From: Paragordius varius
Taxonomy: Eukaryota; Animalia; Nematomorpha
Direction: 5' to 3'
DNA length: 64,000 nucleotides
NCBI GenBank assembly: GCA_964247055.1
Contig: OZ176058.1
Location: 1,550,001-1,614,000, forward strand
Shown here piece after piece: positions 59,900 through 64,000 of the stretch (its first letter is position 1; every line of letters begins with the position of its first letter). The notes under the pieces were generated by a model. That model made no database searches, had not been told where the DNA came from, and worked only from the letters and a program-made list of their open reading frames with translations. A program made the position numbers and the translations under genes.

Positions 59900-62330
59900 T
59901 TTTGATTTAGCGATTCCTATTCTTCTTCTGATGTCGGTGCTGTTAGTCATATTGATAAGACTGCGTAAATAAGTGTATTGGGAGACAACTACGATTTTTT
60001 GGTTGCCAAAGGATAAATTGTTGTAATGATTCTGAGCGTGTGATAATTTTAGTTTTTTTGTAGTTGATAGTAAGACCGAATTTTTGACATTCAGTTGAAA
60101 ATTCTGTTAAGAGTTTTTAGGTGGTCCACTGAACAGCAGTATAGTGTCGTCAGCATAGTTAAGTAATGATATGATATTGCCATGCTTATGCCATTAGCTC
60201 TATCTATATTTCTTAATACACTTTCTAAGCAAACGTTAAAAAGAGTCGGTGAAAGGATCCTTGTCATAAACCATTGTTCATTCGTATCCAATTACTTGTG
60301 CCGTGTGGGGTTTTTATGATTAAAGATGAATTGGAGTAAAGGGATTTGATGATGTTTATAATATGATTTAATACTCCAATCTGACATAGTTCCTTCCACA
60401 GCATGTCGTGCTTCACGCTGTCGAAGGCCTTTGAAAAATCAATGAAGCAGATATGGGTTTCTTTCTGAAATCGATTAGTTTTTCAAATGTCCAGCGTATA
60501 TTGCTAATCATGTCCCTGCATCCGCGAATGGTTCTAAATCCCGCTTGGGTGTTAGAAAGTTCGGCTTCAATTATGCCTTGGATACGCCTGTGTATTATTT
60601 TGAGAAAAACTTTTGAGGCTTGGGTGATTAGCCCAGTTCTATAGTTGTTAAATGATTTAGGATCGCCTTTTTCAAGATAGGGATGAATATTGATTTGCAC
60701 CAATCTTGGGGGAATGAGGCGTGAGCAAATATCTTTTGGAATAAGTCAGTTAGGATATGAGGGATAAAACGAATGAGTTCGGTTAGGATATCGATGTACC
60801 TCTCCGATTTGTTGTTTGGATAATGGTTGAGCGCCTATTCTACTTCTTCTTTGATGATTTGCAGGCCATGTTGATAGATATCACTGTTTTTATAGGCGTT
60901 TGATAGGCTGGTTCCGTATAGTTTACATATTGTTCCACCAGTGTTTTTCGTCTGTGATGATATCTCCATCTTCCTTTCTCATTGGGCCTTTGTAGCTTTT
61001 AAACCTACGTGGTGCAATATGATCTACTTTAGCAAAGTAATATATAGCAGCGTTTTCTAATTTTTAAGCACAGCTGATTGTATTAATCATTTTTGTCCTC
61101 CCGAGCGCTTTTTTGGAGCTCCGTTAAGTGATTTGTACTCTGCCGTATTATATTTCGTTTTGGTTGGGGCCATTTGTCAGCTAAATCAAAACTTTGTGAT
61201 AGCGTAATTTTGTTATGATGAGATTTTTGGATAGGATGCATTCTCTGGCTGTAGTTCTGGTGATATTTTGTATTGTTTTCCAAAGATTTTCAGTGTCATC
61301 GTCAATTTCGAGTGTTTTGAATCTGTTTTCAATTAACAAAGGAAACTCGGGGAGATCGCAGAAAAATCTAATTTAGGTTTATGCTGAGATTATATTTTGC
61401 GTAAGACTACTAGTTTAATTTTAGGTTTATCTACAGTGAGATTATGAGAATAACAGTCGGAACAAGGGTAGGTTTTTACGTTCATAAATGAAGATTTATG
61501 TTTTTGCATACCGGGAATAATGTCGATTTTGTTTATGTGCCTCTTGCAAGGTGAGGTCCATGTGTATAGCCTTCGCTGTTGTTGGAAAAAGGAGTTTATG
61601 ATGAAGAATTTACGTTCGCTATGAGGCGGTCGCCTCTATCGTTTTTGCTTCCCAACCCTTTCCCACCAGTGATTCGGGGTGTATTATCATTGCCTACTAT
61701 CGCGTTAAAGTCCCCTAATACAAATATCATGTCTTTGAAGCTTTCTTAACAGGTGAGCTGGCAGCCTCGTAAAATTGTTAGGAGTCATCGTTGTTAGAGT
61801 TAGTAGGGGCATAGAATTGGAATATTGTTCAATCGAAGTAATATTATGCAATCGCTGTGTAGATGGTGAATTTCAGATGAGTTGGCAAGTGATTTGGTCA
61901 CTATTAGGGCCACTCCGTTTCGTTTAAGGGTATTATGACCTGAGTATAATAAGATGTGATTTCATATTCTATGTGACCGTTTAATGGGATGTGGGATTCT
62001 GCTATCCCTAATACACAGATGTCGAGTTTCATCCTTTATAATACTTCGATTTTGTTGGTGGGGTCGCGTGAATTTCATGTACCAATACGTACAGACAACT
62101 CGCTGGAGTTAATTTTATTTGAAACAGGCATTGTCTAATGTGGAAAATGAGGGAGGATGTGTTAGCGATGGATAAGTTTGTGATGAAGGGTATGAGGGAA
62201 AAATGAGTTGTAGTTTGGATGATGAATGATATTTTATAGGTAATTGGATAAAGATATTGTTAAAAAGGAGGATAATCAATTTTTAATTTAAATGAATTGC
62301 GGTGGGAAAGGATTGGTATGCCTACGCCCC
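59900..62330 (-). mobile_element. Decayed, 3'-truncated RTE LINE related to the 1282-4454 element
   Basis: APE remnants (VLGIAESH, YSGH..KRNGVA, GDFNA), EKGDPK..QASKVFLKII..QAGFR..GCRDMI (ORF 60413-60703), ILSPTLFNVCLE, TDIRRRIGIAK. Many indels; the 5' boundary is approximate. Confidence 0.82.
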
Positions 62331-62649
62331 AAAAGGATAACTAATTATTTTTGAATTTGTATTTTTTTTCGACAGTTTTAACGAAAGCATTTAACTAACG
62401 CATTAGACAAGCATGTACCAACTTTTTCACCCATTTTTATCTGATTCCCATTACATCAAAATTCTCAAGAAAATCATATTCATTTAAATTAAAAATTTAT
62501 AAATAAATTTATCTTTTTTTACGATATCTGACGTTCTTATGTGTTTCATAGCTCTTTAATATTTCTTCTTTTATACAAATTAAACAAAATAAAACAATAA
62601 TGCTCATTTTTAAAAATTATATTTATTCAAATTATCCTCAAATTATAAA

Positions 62650-63230
62650 AATATTTTATCTTTCACTATAGTATTAAAAGAAACTGAAATTTAAACGCCA
62701 TCCGTTTTATGCGTAAAATTTTATTTTTAATTGTAAATATATTTTTTGGTGGATTATGGTTACCTAATATTATTAAATTTTATGATTATAGTTAATACGG
62801 CAATGATAATCTTTACTAAAATGAAAAAAATATAATTAATCCAATTAAATATGATTGGTATTTTATATTTAAATGTATATACGAATACACTTTAAATAAA
62901 GTGTGTTAATTTAAAATAAGTTTCGAGATTGGATGAATAAAGGTATAATTATTTATATATAAAAATACTCGGTATTAAGATGGCAGATTATTAACTACAT
63001 ATTATATTTGAGTAGAGTATGTTGGGGAAATATAAATAATAAATTAATTGAGTTAACCCTAATTAAATAGCTATTTCCTATATTTTTATATCCACATTTT
63101 CCTCTGTACTCATTAAAGCATTTTTAAACAAATATCAATGCGTTTTTTAATTTTCTGGCCTTAGCTAGCTTCCATGTTCTACAGATTAAATTTTTGGCTA
63201 TATATCTTTATTTTATATAAATATAAAATA
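62650..63230 (-). repeat. Family A repeat, partial reverse copy
   Basis: Reverse complement of ~25530-26100 (e.g. TATTAAGATGGCAGATT, TAGCTAGCTTCCATGTTCTACA). Confidence 0.75.
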
Positions 63231-63237
63231 GTATTTG

Positions 63238-64000
63238 CACTGTGTGCAAAAAGAGGCTCATTTTAAATTAACGAAAATTTTTTTCATGAGATAGTTTATG
63301 ACCAATGAATTCATTTGCCGCAAAAATTATTTGTTGACAACCTAGTTTTTGAAATATTGAGAAAAAATTGAAATCGGGCAAAAAGTGAAAATTAAGGATA
63401 ATTAAAATAATGATAAAATCTGAAATATTATCGTTTATTATCTCATTTTAGGAGATATTTTCAATATATAAATAGCCTAAAATCATATAGTTTGGGTTTC
63501 AATAAAATTTCAGGTCAAAAGATGGCGTTTTTCTTTTATCACACTTAAAAGACAAACAAAATTTAATGAAACTATATTAAAATATTTTTTTTAATTATTT
63601 ACTACCTAAACTCACTATTAAAATCTTAACATTCATATTTTATTGAGGAAAATAAACTTCTACATCAAAATAGAACCAAAAATATTGTTTATTTTTGCAT
63701 TTTTTTGTCATCTGGTTTATGCGTGTATAAAAATTTTTTACTGTTTTATTTTGGATTCTTAAATGAGTGGGAATTATAAAGTATATAATTTATGGAAATA
63801 GGATTTAAAAATAGTGGAATATCAGCCAACAATCCGTAAAATCACAATACAAATATTAATTTGTCATAAAACAGACTTGTTACAGGGTTTTATAAGGATT
63901 GTTGGTTAATATTCCACTACTTTTAAATCCTATTTTGCATAAATTATAAATAATACACACTTATGTAAGAATCCAATACAAATCAGTATAAATTTTTTAT
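63238..64000. mobile_element. Family G foldback element, copy 2, cut by the window end
   Basis: Starts CACTGTGTGCAAAAAG; colinear with 53632-54200, including the central hairpin. Confidence 0.7.

Noticed and set aside
1282-62330. All LINE fragments on the minus strand as evidence of a window-wide transcription unit
   Set aside because: Small sample, two or three cases are explained by ordinary intronic antisense bias, and the RTE remnant at ~16715-16825 is on the plus strand.

Overview
Very AT-rich (about 75% by eye) eukaryotic, almost certainly animal, genomic DNA dominated by transposon debris. One host gene can be rebuilt with confidence: an 11-exon BTB-BACK-Kelch gene (+ strand, 42042-56624, 551 aa), most similar to KLHL20/diablo. 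It has two extremely short GT-AG introns (27 and 22 nt) beside introns of 0.34-3.0 kb. The rest is nested mobile DNA: a full-length RTE/BovB-like LINE with an intact target-site duplication (TSD), several decayed RTEs, a restriction-like-endonuclease LINE remnant, a hAT element carrying an inverted copy of its own transposase, a second decayed hAT transposase, Helitron-like elements with a 14-bp tandem array, TTAA-specific, Tc1-, Harbinger- and Charlie-type MITEs, long-TIR foldback elements and an unclassified ~2-kb composite repeat. A few orphan ORFs or exons are low-confidence gene candidates. I recognised no rRNA, tRNA or CRISPR array. All alignments were done by eye, and family names come from recalled motifs, not database searches.
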